Both the position numbers and the translations under genes were made by a program. Under the pieces are notes generated by a model. The model saw only the letters and a program-made list of their open reading frames with translations, was not told the DNA's origin and searched no databases. 64,000 bases of DNA. Origin: Pocillopora damicornis (taxonomy: Eukaryota). The DNA lies in NCBI RefSeq assembly GCF_003704095.1, contig NW_020844463.1, positions 186,001 through 250,000 on the forward strand, read 5' to 3'. Positions 1-13,400 of this stretch are shown one piece after another (positions within the stretch are counted from its first letter, which is position 1; the number at the start of each line of letters is the position of its first letter).

Positions 1-220
1 GAAATAATATTTCCAAACTTTGTAGGTGACTACACAAGAGAATACAAAGGATGGAGGACGTACTTTGAACTGAGCATTTTTTATTTGAGGACGAGACGGT
101 TTAAGTCGGCAAACGGAAAAAAAAAAAAAGGAAAAGCATAACAAGCCAAAACAAATCTGTTCAAAGGAGGGAAAAACCTGACGCTTCATAGATAAGAATT
201 ATAAACACATCGTCACTTAA

Positions 221-1675
221 GTGCCGCTCTCGCTAAGAGCGGTCCTCTCGACTTCCCTTCGGAGAAAGCTTTTCTTTTATTTTTAATAACTGTTTTATTT
301 TTTCCAAATTAGGGCTGAAAAACCCAAAGCCACTCCAATATTTGCTTACCATGAATTAAGTAAACATTTTAAAAGCTAGAATTCTCGTTAAAATGAAAAA
401 TTCTTCAGTCCATTGTAATCACTTTCGATTCTAATTCGTTACATTAACTAATTTTGGTTCCAACGCGAAACAGGTAGTATGACAAAACGAAAAGTTTGCA
501 CAATCACGTCACGCAATCCATCAAGCCGGGTTTGTCCAATTGATTTTGATGGTCGCAGGGAAATGTCGAGTTTGTCGTTCAAAACCGTTGTGGTCCATAA
601 GAGCGTGACATCATTAATGACGGAAACAAATTTTTAGAAAGGAGGGCGAGTTCATCGGGTTGCGCGTACTAAATCTCGGGAGAAACTGCAGGAATTGTTT
701 TAGAGTGTATGCGTTTTGTTTTGTAAATATAAACTCTGACCTATTTTAACTTGTTTTTGTGTCCTTTTAAGCAACGCGATATGTCTGTTATGACCAGAGT
801 GCCAAAGTTTGTTCTTTAATTTTGATCTTCTCCACACTGTGCGTAATTCATGACCTGATATTTCAACGTAAATTATCGGAAAGGCGCCTTTTGATTACTT
901 TTGTTTACTTTGAAAGTCACGCAAACGCGCAAGCGTTACGACCGATAACGTTTACGCAACGTTTTAGGACAACTCGGCATCTATTCTCCATTCAGCTGCT
1001 ATGAAAACCTAAAATCCTCAACGTAGAAGATAAACGAACGAAGTTTGAACGGTCAAAAGGAGATCTTGGTCAATTTTCAGAATCATGCAAATAATCTTTG
1101 ACACGAATGCAATTGAGCAAACACATCGTTTTGCGTTGTTTGTAAGAAGTTGGTGGATGGAAGCTACAGATATACCCGCAGGTTTGAGGCAATCCGTGAC
1201 CTCATTGATGTATAAACTATGCACTGATATGTTTTTTTCAGCCCGATTATCGCCTGTGTTATGAGAATTCTTTCGTACAAAGTAGTGAATTTTTAAAATG
1301 CAAATTAAGGTCGCAGAGAAGGGTCTCCTCTGATCCCGCTGGTAAGAAAAATATTTCAGATGAAGTTTCCATATTTTGTCTGTGAACTAACTGAATACAT
1401 CTTGTAACTTGTAGCGAGATAGAATTCTGTGAGCTACATTGTTGCAGTCGCTGCGCGCTGGACAAAATCTTTGAAATTTACACTTTTGATCGTTGTCCAC
1501 AGGAGTGGTCTTGCCAAAAATCATTTTTGGCTTGTACGACGCAAGAAAAAGAGAATTGGAGAACAACTAAGCTATTTTTGAAACATGTGTCCTTAACCCT
1601 TTTCATGGGCAAAAAATAAAAAAAAAGTTTTCTCCGACGGGAAATCGAGAGGACCGCTCTTAGCGAGAGCGGCAC
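221..1675. mobile_element. Non-autonomous DNA transposon/MITE-like element with ~47-bp terminal inverted repeats, probably in intron 3 of gene A
   Basis: 221-267 GTGCCGCTCTCGCTAAGAGCGGTCCTCTCGACTTCCCTTCGGAGAAA is the reverse complement (2 mismatches) of 1629-1675. No credible ORF inside and no clear TSD. Confidence 0.75.
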
Positions 1676-1946
1676 AAATTTATAAAATGCAGTTCATTTC
1701 GAGAAATAAAATATCAAAAATAAAGTGAACTAAGAAAAAAGAGTAAATAACAGCGACATCACCAAGACACCGGAGCAAACAAACAAAATGAAGACACAAG
1801 GACTGGAGCATCTAACGAATTTGTGGCTAACCTCAAATATGAATATAAAATCAAAGTGTGACAATTATTAAAAATAGAAAAAATTAAAAAAGGCTATATT
1901 ACGAAACAAAGTCCAAAACGACCACATAGAAAGAATAACGGCTCAC

Positions 1947-3938
1947 CACTTTGAGTCCCTCATGAAGTCCATCGAATACCCTTGACTCTTGCAAACAAAC
2001 TTCAAATTCGCTCGGCGAAACCTTTTCAATCCAAACCAGCATTGCGTCGTATTTCCGGCCTTTCTTGGTGTGGTGCGGAGTGACGTGAACTGTAGGAGTT
2101 GTTTTGAAGACCTGAATTCAACAAAAAAAATTAAATGTCACTCGTCGCAAAATAGCATTATCTAAGAAAAAATGGTTTCTGGAGAATCTTCCAGGCCAAA
2201 AGATCGATGCAAAACTAAATTGACTAGAGTAAGGTAAATCAAGGGTCACTCTATTGAATCATTTATACATGAGGCACTTCGATTAGGAAAACTGCGCATA
2301 ATCAAAAAACTAAAAAAAAAATTAACAACAACAAAAAATGGCAAAGCAGACGGCTTTTTACACAAAGCCCATTTAGATTCCCAACAAACAATTTCAATTA
2401 GCTGCAGGCATCGAGATTTGAATAAAGGGGTCATATGAAACCCAGCACTTTTAACAACTTGGTCACTGAAAACTCAAACAATCTTACATTCTTAAATGCC
2501 ACCCGGTTGCACTGTGATCCTGTAGTGAATTTGCTGAACAACGTTGCACCATGTTCAGCTCCTGTCTGTGGACCTTGAAATGCAAACCAGTCGATGGTGA
2601 AGTTATCTCCTGCTCCTCGGCCCCCTTCAACAACACAGGCTTTGAAACGAACATTGCTCACTTCTTCTACCCATACAAATATAGAATCGTAGACACTGGA
2701 CGATCCATTTCCACGGTTCACTGATGCGAATACGCTCACTGGTGTTCCCTTCTTAAAACTTTTGCTAAATGAAGCTTGCTGGCAAAGATAATCGTCATTT
2801 GCTTGAGTGAAGTGAATTTTTCCTCTCTCGATGACTAAAATAAATTATAGAATTCAGCTTAGTTAACCCCATGATGCCGTGTATGATAAATGTAAGGGTA
2901 TTTGGAATGCATCTTCAAGGCATACAGTCGCAATGAATAATCTGAACGTAAGAACTCAAATTATACAAGCAAATTGCCAAAGGAGCATGAGAGACAAAGG
3001 GATATGAAGGAGCCGTGACAAGTAGAATTAGCCGTTTAACTTGCGATTTATCGGCTTATGCGGTGGCGCGAGTTTTAGGAACCAATCAACCAAAGCGATG
3101 AAGTAAGACAATAAAGTTCCTGTTTCCTTTCAACGTCATTAACTAACAAAAAAAATCATAATTTTTGGGGTTCCAATGCGGGCATAACGAGGTAGAGGTC
3201 ACTTTTGCAGATCAAAATCCAACTTTTTGGAGCTGTTTTTTCATTACTTCACTATTTCGGAAATGTTACTTCATTTTGGAGAGATAATAAAACGTGCGCT
3301 CGGAGAGGAATGAGTGCCTCGCTCAGAGAAATGAAGAGGAAAGCTAACGAAGAAGGAGGCGATGGTTTGCAAGATATATTCGAAATTCCTTAATATTTTA
3401 TAATCTGTTTTTGCAATGAACTATTCGTCTGCTTCAACCTAATTTCACAAAGTTATTCATTCCAGGAGAGATGGTTTATTATTTTTGCGAGTATCGGTTA
3501 TATATTTATTGTTCAAGATACTGGGAGTTGTGCAACCATTTAGAAAAAGATGAGTATTGATCCCAAATGTCATAAATATCAAATGAGTAAGTATTTGTAT
3601 CTGCATTACTTGTATTTGAAGCTACTGAGTGCCGTGTAAATTTGATAAAACTGAAATGTTGGGACTGTCGATTAGCCGGCAAACACCGTAAAAAAATTGA
3701 TCTAATCTTCAGAAATAAATGTTAATTTTAAAAGGAACGATTCAGCTTTATCTGCTTCGACACTAGCTTCGCAACTTCCGATCCTTAATACTACTGAAGT
3801 TTTACAAGGGGTAAAACTGGGCGGTGAAAGATGAAAATAAAATCAACAACATTAAAAAAACTTACCATTTCCTTCGACACTGATGAGTATAAAGAAAGTT
3901 ACCAGCACCAACAATAGTTGCCTCGCAGAAGGCACCAT
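1947..3938 (-). CDS. Gene A (5' part): secreted H-type-lectin-like repeat protein, paralogue of gene B; presumably continues beyond the left edge
   Basis: Exons 3866-3938 (MVPSARQLLLVLVTFFILISVEGN, signal peptide), 2488-2834 and 1947-2111. All have GT/AG sites and an open frame, and their lengths (73/347/165) equal gene B exons 1-3. Confidence 0.88.
2488..2834 (-). CDS. Gene A exon 2 (repeat 1 and start of repeat 2)
   Basis: VIERGKIHFTQANDDYLCQQASF...IDWFAFQGPQTG...QCNRVAFKN; closely similar to 14859-15205. Confidence 0.9.
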
Positions 3939-4829
3939 GGCTGCAATGTATAACGTCGCGTGAACGCCACTCCTTTGGAATGGAGACTTCTTCAAAAACA
4001 AATGAATTTACGATTTGGTAAAGTGATAGCATATCTCCAATAGCAAGTGCGCGCGCAAAATGGGAAGTCTTAGGATTATCTGTTTCAGCGCAATGTGGGT
4101 AGATTGCGCTTTAACGAGGTCACCAGAACAATTGAAAATAGGAATATCTACTTATTTTGATATCCAATATAAACATGAGAGGGATTCCAGCTGAGAAAAA
4201 AATTCATACGAAACACGCAAAAAGCTGTCAAGTCTTTCCAGAGGTCTTGAAAATCATCCAACTCCGATCAAGTATTCATTCATTTCATTAAAGGTACAAG
4301 GAGACATCCCGTTTCATTTTTTTACAAAAAGAAAAGGGGGAACAACTCATATCTATTGGCGTCAAACGGGATTTCTCTCTTATTCGGAGTAAAGATGTTT
4401 TCCATTTAGGGTGGTTTTGAGATGTAGTACTAAAACCGGATCATTTTGAGTGACTCAAATTCGTGCAATTCTCCGAAAGAAAATAATCCCATTCTGCACA
4501 AAAATTCAACATCGTCGCACTGCAGTCTACTAATAAAAGGCCATTTCCTTCCACAAAAACGACTTTACTACGATACTTTCCATATTTGTAAAAAGTCTCT
4601 GCGTCATACCTTACTCCCATTTTCATATCACAGTGTATTACGCAAGTGTCTTCAAGTGCGCCTAAAAAAAAGGTTTCTGAGTTTGACCCTGACGAGGAAT
4701 TTTGAATGGTGCGCTATGTCTGTACAAACCAAACAAGAAATGATCGAAATGGCTGTTCCTCTCTGATGTATGCAATTGTCGCTGTTGTAGGAAAGAAGGT
4801 AAAATCCCCAAACAGCACAGAGTAAAAAC

Positions 4830-4950
4830 TGAGAGACAAATATTGTATTTATCTCTATGTATGTGCGTTTTTTTCTGGTTCGTGACATCTCGGAAGAATA
4901 GGTAGGATTCAAACATTTGACCTTCCGATCGATACTTCGAATCTTCTATT
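4830..4950 (-). mobile_element. Degenerate tRNA-derived SINE head
   Basis: Minus strand reads AGCTCAGTAATAGAAG...GAAGGTCAAATGTTTGAATCC (A-box/B-box-like). A related copy lies at ~16950-17040. Confidence 0.45.
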
Positions 4951-6793
4951 ACTGAGCTGTTATAAAATCATAACTATTAGACCATTCTAGTCGGCTAGAT
5001 ATTTGCCGTCGACTTGGTGCTTTTGTGAGATGGCCCGACGTGGAATGGAAGATGGCATCTTTAGTGGTTGTTATGTAACAAAGGATGATAAGTGATTGAT
5101 AACAGGCCGATATATCAGCCCTTAATTGAGGTCACATTCTTGATTACAACCTCATTATTGTCGGTAATTCAGACAACAAAGAAATGTAGCGCTATAAAAT
5201 AAACGTTCCCCATTTTAAATTCCAACGTATATGGAACCCTTCAAATCTATCAAAAGGACGCTGTTATTAACTTTGTAGTGTCTTATTCCGGCTCGAGGTT
5301 GACGTGTTTGCCGTGGTACTGCATTCAAAAATATTAATAATTCTGCAAGTTGATAGAAAGAAGGTTCAGGCTTGTACTTAAAGCCAAGCAAGTTTAGGAA
5401 CAAAGATATTCCTCATGATATACATTTCATTCGTGACTTTAGGAACCCCGTTTAATTTTTGAAATTGAAATTAATACTTCGACAGCACGGCAATAAACGA
5501 GAAAATAAATGCAAAGATGCTTGCAATACTTTGACTAGCTCGGTCTCTTACACAGGATTAGACGAAGGAAAAGTCCCACTATTTTATGTGCACGGGCCAA
5601 GAGCAAATCTCATGTTTGTTTAAGTATACAAATTCTCAAAGGAGTCGAAAGAATATAGGTGGAGTTGATCAGGAGTTTCATTATCGTCAATCGTTCAACG
5701 GATTTGAATCAACTGATGAAAAGCCAAAATTGAAGACTTTTTGCTGATACTACTAGAATATAAACATTTATCAGACGTGATATCAAAGTCATCATGGATT
5801 GCTTTCAAAGATCCATTCATAAGTGTTTGATATGAATGACTTACGCTCAGACGAGGTCAAGAGTCAAGAAAACGGAAAAAAAGAGTAAAATTAATTAGTT
5901 TTGACAAATGCTTTTTTTTTTCTTTTACTTTAGGGAATATCATAAGTGACGCTTGCTCCAGTGGGTGGCGTAATCGCAAATTGAATGGGGCACGTGAGTT
6001 CGATATCCTGAAATCATGTTATACCTTTAAACAAAATTTGTATATAAAGAAGAAGTAATGTATCGGGGGAGGGGATAGAAGTTCAAAGACGGAGGGAAAG
6101 GGGGAGTGAAATAATAATATACGAAATAATAGAGGGGGAAGGGAGCTTGGGCACTGAGATATTTATCAGTGCGTTCAACCAAACCGATTTATTTTGTTCA
6201 CAAAAAATGTTATTCCAGAATATCCTTTCATAAAATTGTCATTTCCAATGATTGTTTTGCATGCCGCGTGGTTTGCACAATATAATCTCACTGTGGTTAA
6301 ACCATGTTCGCAGAGTTGCATGAGGCTATTATTTATAACTTCAGGCCGCTTTGTTCCTCTGGTCCGACAAATTTATTCACTATATATACGTTTCTCTTTT
6401 AATATATTGTAGAATTTTATTCAATGACAGGATACTAAAGTATGAATCTACACGTTTTTCTATGGATGTGACCGTTTCTCAGTAATTCACATTTAAACCC
6501 AAAATAAGAATAGTACCATAAGAAGTTTGTAATGAAAAATAATTGATTTCGACATTCGAAATGATAGCGTTCTACTAACACTTGTTTTGTTTTGAATCTT
6601 TAAAGTCCCATAGAACAGCGATTGCAAGTATAATTAACGATGGTATATGCTCTTACCATTTACTATTCGGATTTTAAATCGTAGGTTTAACCAAAGCTTT
6701 TGCCTTCAAGAATTAAGCACAGAATTCTGTGTACAAATCGAAAGGAACTGAGATATCATTGTTTTAGTGTGTGTGTTTTATGGGAGCTGTCTT

Positions 6794-7482
6794 CTAATTA
6801 TGGCAAACAGCACTTGCATCCTCATGATGACCGCAGTTGTGATACCAACGATACCTACGGCGATACCACCCCCAGTAGTAGTAATAGTAGTAGTAGCTCC
6901 TATTCTCATACGGACAGTCCAGCAATGATTCCTCTTTACCTTCGCAGGAAATATGGTATCGATGAATAGGACCCGAGCCTTGCCCGTAAGCCGCACCACG
7001 AGGTGCGGAGGTTGCACCCTTAAAGCCCAACTCACGGCAAACGACATTGGCATCATTCAAATTCCAGGTGTGGTCACACACGGTGCCCCATTTGCCTCCC
7101 TCGTAAATTTCAACACGGCCATAGTGGTGGGATCCTCCCGCTAACCGAACAACAGATGAACCATGGGTGCACTTCACACCAGCGTCCCGTTTATGCGTGC
7201 AGTCGTGCTTCCCCCATCCTCGATGTCTGCATTCATGGAGATAGGACTCACTTCCTGAACAAGACAAGTCGTCGAGCCATATTGGTCCGCTTCCTTCGCC
7301 ATGTTGAGCGCCCTTATAAACTTGTATGGCTCTTTTGTAACCAAGCTGTTTACATATTACGTTAGCATCATTCAAGTCCCAGGCATCGTCGCAGATGGTC
7401 CCCCATTTGCCATCGTAGAAAACTTCCACTCTGCCAGTTGACCGGCTGGTGCTGTTTATGCGCACGCTTCCATCGGTAATAG
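6794..7482 (-). CDS. Gene B terminal exon: two group-A (6-Cys) SRCR domains
   Basis: GRVEVFYDGKWGTICDDAWDLNDANVICKQLG...; GRVEIYEGGKWGTVCD...HEDASAVCHN*. Confidence 0.95.
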
Positions 7483-10400
7483 CTGACAATAAAGCAAGTG
7501 ATATTTTGTTCTCGGGTAACAAAGTAAATAAAATTCAAGCATGAGTGCGTCAAAATTAAAATAAAATAATCCTTCGTAACTGTGCGTTTTATCGGTTTCT
7601 GTGTCTAACTGTTCTGGCATGGAAAATGCGAATTATTGACAACGTTAATAAAATTCCGCTAAAGAAATCATCACATTTACTGACTCAGTCAGCTTTAAAA
7701 ACTCTCTACGGTGGCCGATTTAAATAATTAACTCGGTTTGTGAAACCAAATTATCTTGTTATACCCCACCAACGCAGCACCACAGTTTTCGTAAAAAAAC
7801 CTATTACCCTTACATAATATACTGTACGTGTGTTTCTTACTCAAAACCACCCTACCTCGATAACGTGCGCGAAATCCCCCAAATTCCTTAGAGCCATCAG
7901 AAGTAAATTTCACGAGAAGTTCGTTAGATGTGCTTGTCAAAGATTGCTTGGGGAGAGTATTTCCAAACAGAGTACCAATTACGGGAGCAGATCGTGACAG
8001 GCCATCATACACGGTAACGATGTCGACTTTATCCTCGGTATCCAAACGTATAAATACAAGTTCAATATGTCCATTGGTGGTTATGTTCCACGAGCAATCC
8101 ATTTTGCTTTTATAGGTTACTGAAACTCCAGGCTCATTTGACTCAATATATCCCATTGAATCGGACTGGACAACAGTCACATTTGCACAGGAGGGTATTA
8201 CCGTGGCGTTCGGTGCTGTGAAATTTAAAACAATAAGCTTCTCTCCCATAACTCCAGTCTAAACTGCATCAAAATTCACTTTTCTTTTTAATCTTGTTTG
8301 TCGTGATAATGCAAAAAAATAATTTTAAAGAATACCGTATACGAATTACAGTGAAAGAAAAACTGTGTAGCTGATACAACGTGTTAAACAATTTATCACT
8401 ACTGAACATTGAAAATGGCCCAACATGAAGTGTAAAATGTCACTTAAAGGAAGAAGGGAAATAAACCTTGGTGCGCTCTATACTTACCGCCACAAGTCTT
8501 TCCGGTTCCAGCCAACCCTGGAAAACATCTACATTTGTAGGTGCCAGGAATATTCTCGCAGACAGCTTGGGCATCGCACGTGAACGTTCCCAATCGACAC
8601 TCATTCATATCTGTTTCCAGATGAGAAAGATAATAGCAAATTAGCTACAATGACTGTACAGTCCAATAGCGAGAACTTGCTCTTGCCAGTATAAATGGTG
8701 CCTGGTATTTACTCAGTTTTGTGTGTTTCAACAGAAAATAAGGAATGGGGCATTTAATGTAACACCATCATTTGTCAGATCTCAGCGGTATCGAATTCTG
8801 TTTATGGGTTGAAACATACGATTAACGAGTGTTCACCAAAGAGAAGCGTTCTGAGTTTGTTTACAAGGCTCTTAAGTGGTTAATTGTTGATTGAATTGAG
8901 AAAAAAGGAAGAAAGAAACGAATGAAACTCAGTGATATCTAAATTAATAACGTTAGAATACCCTTTTAACGAGAATTAAACCAACCTTCGCAGTTCTTGT
9001 TTGCATCCAAACGGAATCCTTTATTGCACTTACAGGTGTAAGAGCCTTCATTGTTGATGCAATGGGAATCATGCGGGCAGTGATAATTGAAGTCTCTACA
9101 TTCATCATAATCTGCAGGGGAAGAAAAATTTTGATGACATTTTCGAAAGACAATTAAAAATATATAGCAGCCCAAACTAAAGCTAGCCAACTTAAGAGAA
9201 GATGCGTTAACCAACATCGTGCATGGAGATGATAGCTTCATGTGTAAATTATGCTTACTAAGCGATGAGCTAACTTTAACCAACAGAAAGAACGAGAAAT
9301 AGACATTTACAAAGTATTGTAGAACATCCTGGAAGTTTAGAAACCAACTATTCTGGTAGAATTTCATCAAAATTACGTAATTTGATGAAGATTCTAGAAA
9401 GTTCCATGCTGTGTCATCAGAAGTTCAATTATGCGTGTCAACATGACTAAGCATTCTACAAATTTCCAGAAACTGCTCTTTACATTCCCTATCCATAACA
9501 CTAAGCCGACTGTGACATGTGTACCTTCAGAAAATTTTAGGTGTGCTCATACTTCCAGAGGGTTTAAAAGGCCTGATATCCCATAGCAATAGAAATGATT
9601 GTTATCTTCACCAACCTTTCTTGCAGGTAAATCTGTGACAATCAGTACAGTTCACGTCATTCCACTCGTAATGATGGTTTTTGAGGAAGCCAAGAGTATG
9701 AACACAATCTTCATTGCCATAGTTGTTTGGTTGGCCCTTCGCCCAGTTCTTAAATTTAAATGTGCTCCCATCGCTCCACACGAACTTCCCTTCTGAGTTG
9801 ATATCGGTGAGCCCTAGCCAAGAGTGCTCTCCGCCATGCAGACTCTGGACATAAACGTTTTCTTCCTGGCTGTGTATACTTGGAAGGTTAGCTCCCTGCG
9901 TGGCGCATTTTCCCTGGCTGCTGCCCCACGAATCACATGCAGCCACTTGTCTATAGCAATACCCTCTGAAATAATTCCAGTCGTCGTCGCAAATGCTTTC
10001 TATAAATTAAACGATAACACACTTTCGTTTATTGTATCCAGAGTTTCAGCATCTATTATACTTGTTCCTTTATCTAAGCAATCATTTCGAACGTAAATTT
10101 GCATAAAATAATTTGTGAGGTAAACAATAAGTAATCTGTGAAACGGGAATGAAATTTTAAGTTATAGTCCATAGATAGGGCATAAACTTTTATAAATGTA
10201 TCCCTTCTCATTTCAGAATAATTTATTTTTGTTGCTGTTGTTCTATCATCGATGCATGCCATCTCTTCACCTCTCCGTCTATCCTGGCTTATTTTTCTGA
10301 ACATGCAGGAAACACAACTTTATATCTAAGGTCATCAGAGGCACAAAGACACTCAGCGAACATTGGACTCTAAAATCATATTTTACTTACCTCCCATCAC

Positions 10401-13400
10401 TGCGTATGACACATTTAGTGGGTCAAAGCGTTGTACATACAGTTCTTTGACACAGATTCGAAATCCAGAAGTAGTGATAGACTAGGAAGGGAAAAAGTTA
10501 TTAAAGATACACTAAATAAAAATTCTCATACTCAAACCCCAAATAGGAGTAACGGAAATAAACAGAGAACAACCAAACAAAAATTGAAAAAGAACATAGA
10601 TGCAACAAAGAAAAAGAACAAAGAAGCTTTATAAGGGTATTGGATACTTCACAACACCAAGTTAGCATCCGTGAAGCATAAAATTTCATCGGTACGTAAG
10701 TTTCCTGTAATAGTCCATAGCTTTTGAGGACCGTTAGGTTTTAAACATCATCCTTATGCGCCTAAACCAATAAGCACGAAAAAAATTGATTCTTTACGAA
10801 TATCGCAGCTGTCTATTAATTAAATGAAAGATGACTAATGATTAAGACAAAATTTAGAAATAAAGTTACAAATATGAGATATAAACTATTACAAGAGTGT
10901 AGAAGCAGCGTCAACGAGGAGAAAAACAAAAACAAAGAAGGATTCCATTTTCACTTGCTTACCTCGATCCAGCTCACGATTCCATTACACTCTGCTGCAG
11001 CATTGCCTCCACTGGTAGAATGTCTGGCAGTTACCAATATTGTTGGTGGGTAGGTGTAAGCCGACTGAAGGTAACTCACATCCTTTTGATAGAAGTAATA
11101 ATTGATTAATCGATTAGCCTCTTTTACTGCCTTCAGGATAGGCGATCCCAAGTGCAGATTGTCTCAGCTAGGCATATTCTTGGTTAAGAAAGCTCCCCAG
11201 CGAGGTTTGAGATAAATACACGATTAAAATTAATTGAAAATTGATTCTGTATCAATAAAAGGCTTCCAGAACGAAATATAACTTTATTTGAATTAGGGTA
11301 TACATCACTCACCTTACAGAAAGCGTAGTTGTAATTTATTGATGGCAAACCAACATTCGGAAACATGACTTCGCTGCTCTCTTTAACCATCGGTCTAGGT
11401 GTTTTGCCAATTGCAAGCCAGTTCTGATCCAAAAGATAAAGAGACGAAGAATCAGTTATCGTTTTTACTTGGTATCTATCAAATTTTCTCTCTGATACCA
11501 AATTCACATTCATTAGGCATTCATTTTATTCATTTTTATTGATACTATGTAAAGTCGTGTATTTTATGAGTCAATGTTGTAAATTTAAGATTCTTAGAGA
11601 TGAAAATAGAGCCGGTAATCAGCGTACCGGATTTCTGTGGAGGTTGAGAAATTTCATGAAACGACAGCGAATAAACGACACATCCAAAAATAAAGATGGC
11701 ATCGAACTAGACCAAGATTGGCACGAATCGAGTGCTCTCGGTTTTCCATATGTTTTAGCCAACTTTAAATTTGAATTTGACAATTCCTACCACTGATATA
11801 TCATCATGAACTCCAGCGAAGTTTTGAAGCTCCCTGAGACAAATCTGAAAAGAACTCGTGGAGACATCCTCAAGCCACACGGTGCTAGCATCGTGCCTCA
11901 GGCTTGATCTGTAATGGACAGCTGTGGTGAAGACTTGTGGTGGCTCAGAATACTTCCCCTAAGGAAAAAAAAGAAAATCCTACGGCTTAGGTCAGGTTGA
12001 TTTAAAGGAGAAGAAACGAACCAAAAAAGTTATTGATTTAGCTCCAGTCTTAGCGGTTTTTAGCGTAAAGATATCTAAAGGTTTTGGGGACGGGGCAATA
12101 TAAAAACAAGAAAAAGAAACATTTTAGCTATCTGGTAATAGCCACCGCGATGACCCTTAAACTGATTAAAGAAGAGGAAAGGAAGGAAAAAGAAGTGTTG
12201 TGAAATGAAAAGGGTTAACCCACGAACTATTAGCTTGATTTCAAATGTGAATACAGCAGAGAACGTACTTTTGGAAAAGAAACGGTCCGGCAAGTGGTTC
12301 CAGTCCACCAAGTTAAGAACATCTCCTCGCCTGCTACTCCTCCAGGTGGGGCTCCCTGATAGGCCATCCAGTCAATTAAAGCAAAGCTGTCCGCAGGGTA
12401 GTCATTCCTTCCAGCTCGCGTAACGCAGGCTGTGAACTGAGTAGTGTTGATGCTCTCGACCCAAGGTGTGGTGGCCTCGTGTACCAAAGTATCATCAGAA
12501 TAGTTGAAGTGATTGACAGTCAGTTGTACGTAAATTTTCATATGAGGATAGAAAATGAAGGGTTTAAAATCAATCACTTCACACTGATCCTCTGCCCACG
12601 AGGGTGTGTTCTGGAACTCGTGTCTGCCTTTCTGCATCGGAAAACCTACAATCATGATGAAAACCATCTTTGATTAAGTCCAGGTAAAAGTGGCGTCTTT
12701 ATTTGAAAGTTAATTTGTGGGAAGGGGAAAACTCGAGGGTCTCAAACAGGTAACCAACCGAAGTATCCAGTATGTTCTCCATGATTGCTTGGAAAGATAT
12801 TTTTTTGCCAATTAGTGGTTAGAACAAGGTTACTACATAACTTTAGCAATTTAAGCAGAGATAAGGGCAAGATGATGGCTAAAAAGTAAGTCAGTTGAAC
12901 TCTGCAAACCACTCATTGCGTAGTTTGCTTACCTCTGCAGCTTCCTGGATGGTAGTTGGTGTAGTTTCCACGTGTTTTACAAATCTCTTTTTTGAGGAAA
13001 CACATGTTTTTGAACGTGCGACCGTTGGAAGCACAGACTTGTTCCTCGTATGATGGGCAGTTATCCTTACAGATACAATCAAATCTCCAGGGGGTATAAG
13101 CAAAGCAAAAGCTTTCGTAGGTACAGTTAACATTTCTGCACGGATCAAGGTCTGAAAACGAAAGAAATATTATAAATGATTGCTAAATTGCATTTAATAA
13201 TAAGGAGTGGACGTCAAAGAAAACATGAAATAATTTTCACACTTACCCCCAATAACCAAATAGTCTATGGACACATCACTCCTTTGACTATCGTATCCTG
13301 CCCAGTCTTTCATACAAATTTGAAAATGTTTCGCGGTCACTTCCTACAACATGATAGTACAAGAGTTCCAGAAACCAAAAGACAACGAAAGGAAAACAGC

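Noticed and set aside
6700-7365. Plus-strand and alternative-frame ORFs over the SRCR exon
   Set aside because: They are shadow ORFs of the minus-strand coding exon.
9360-9395. Near-perfect palindrome TTCATCAAAATTACGTAATTTGATGAA in a gene B intron
   Set aside because: It is short and lies in a decayed repeat-like fragment; there is no evidence of function.
12891-13148. Listed 85-aa ORF
   Set aside because: Wrong frame; the real exon (12933-13151) encodes a follistatin/Kazal domain in another frame.
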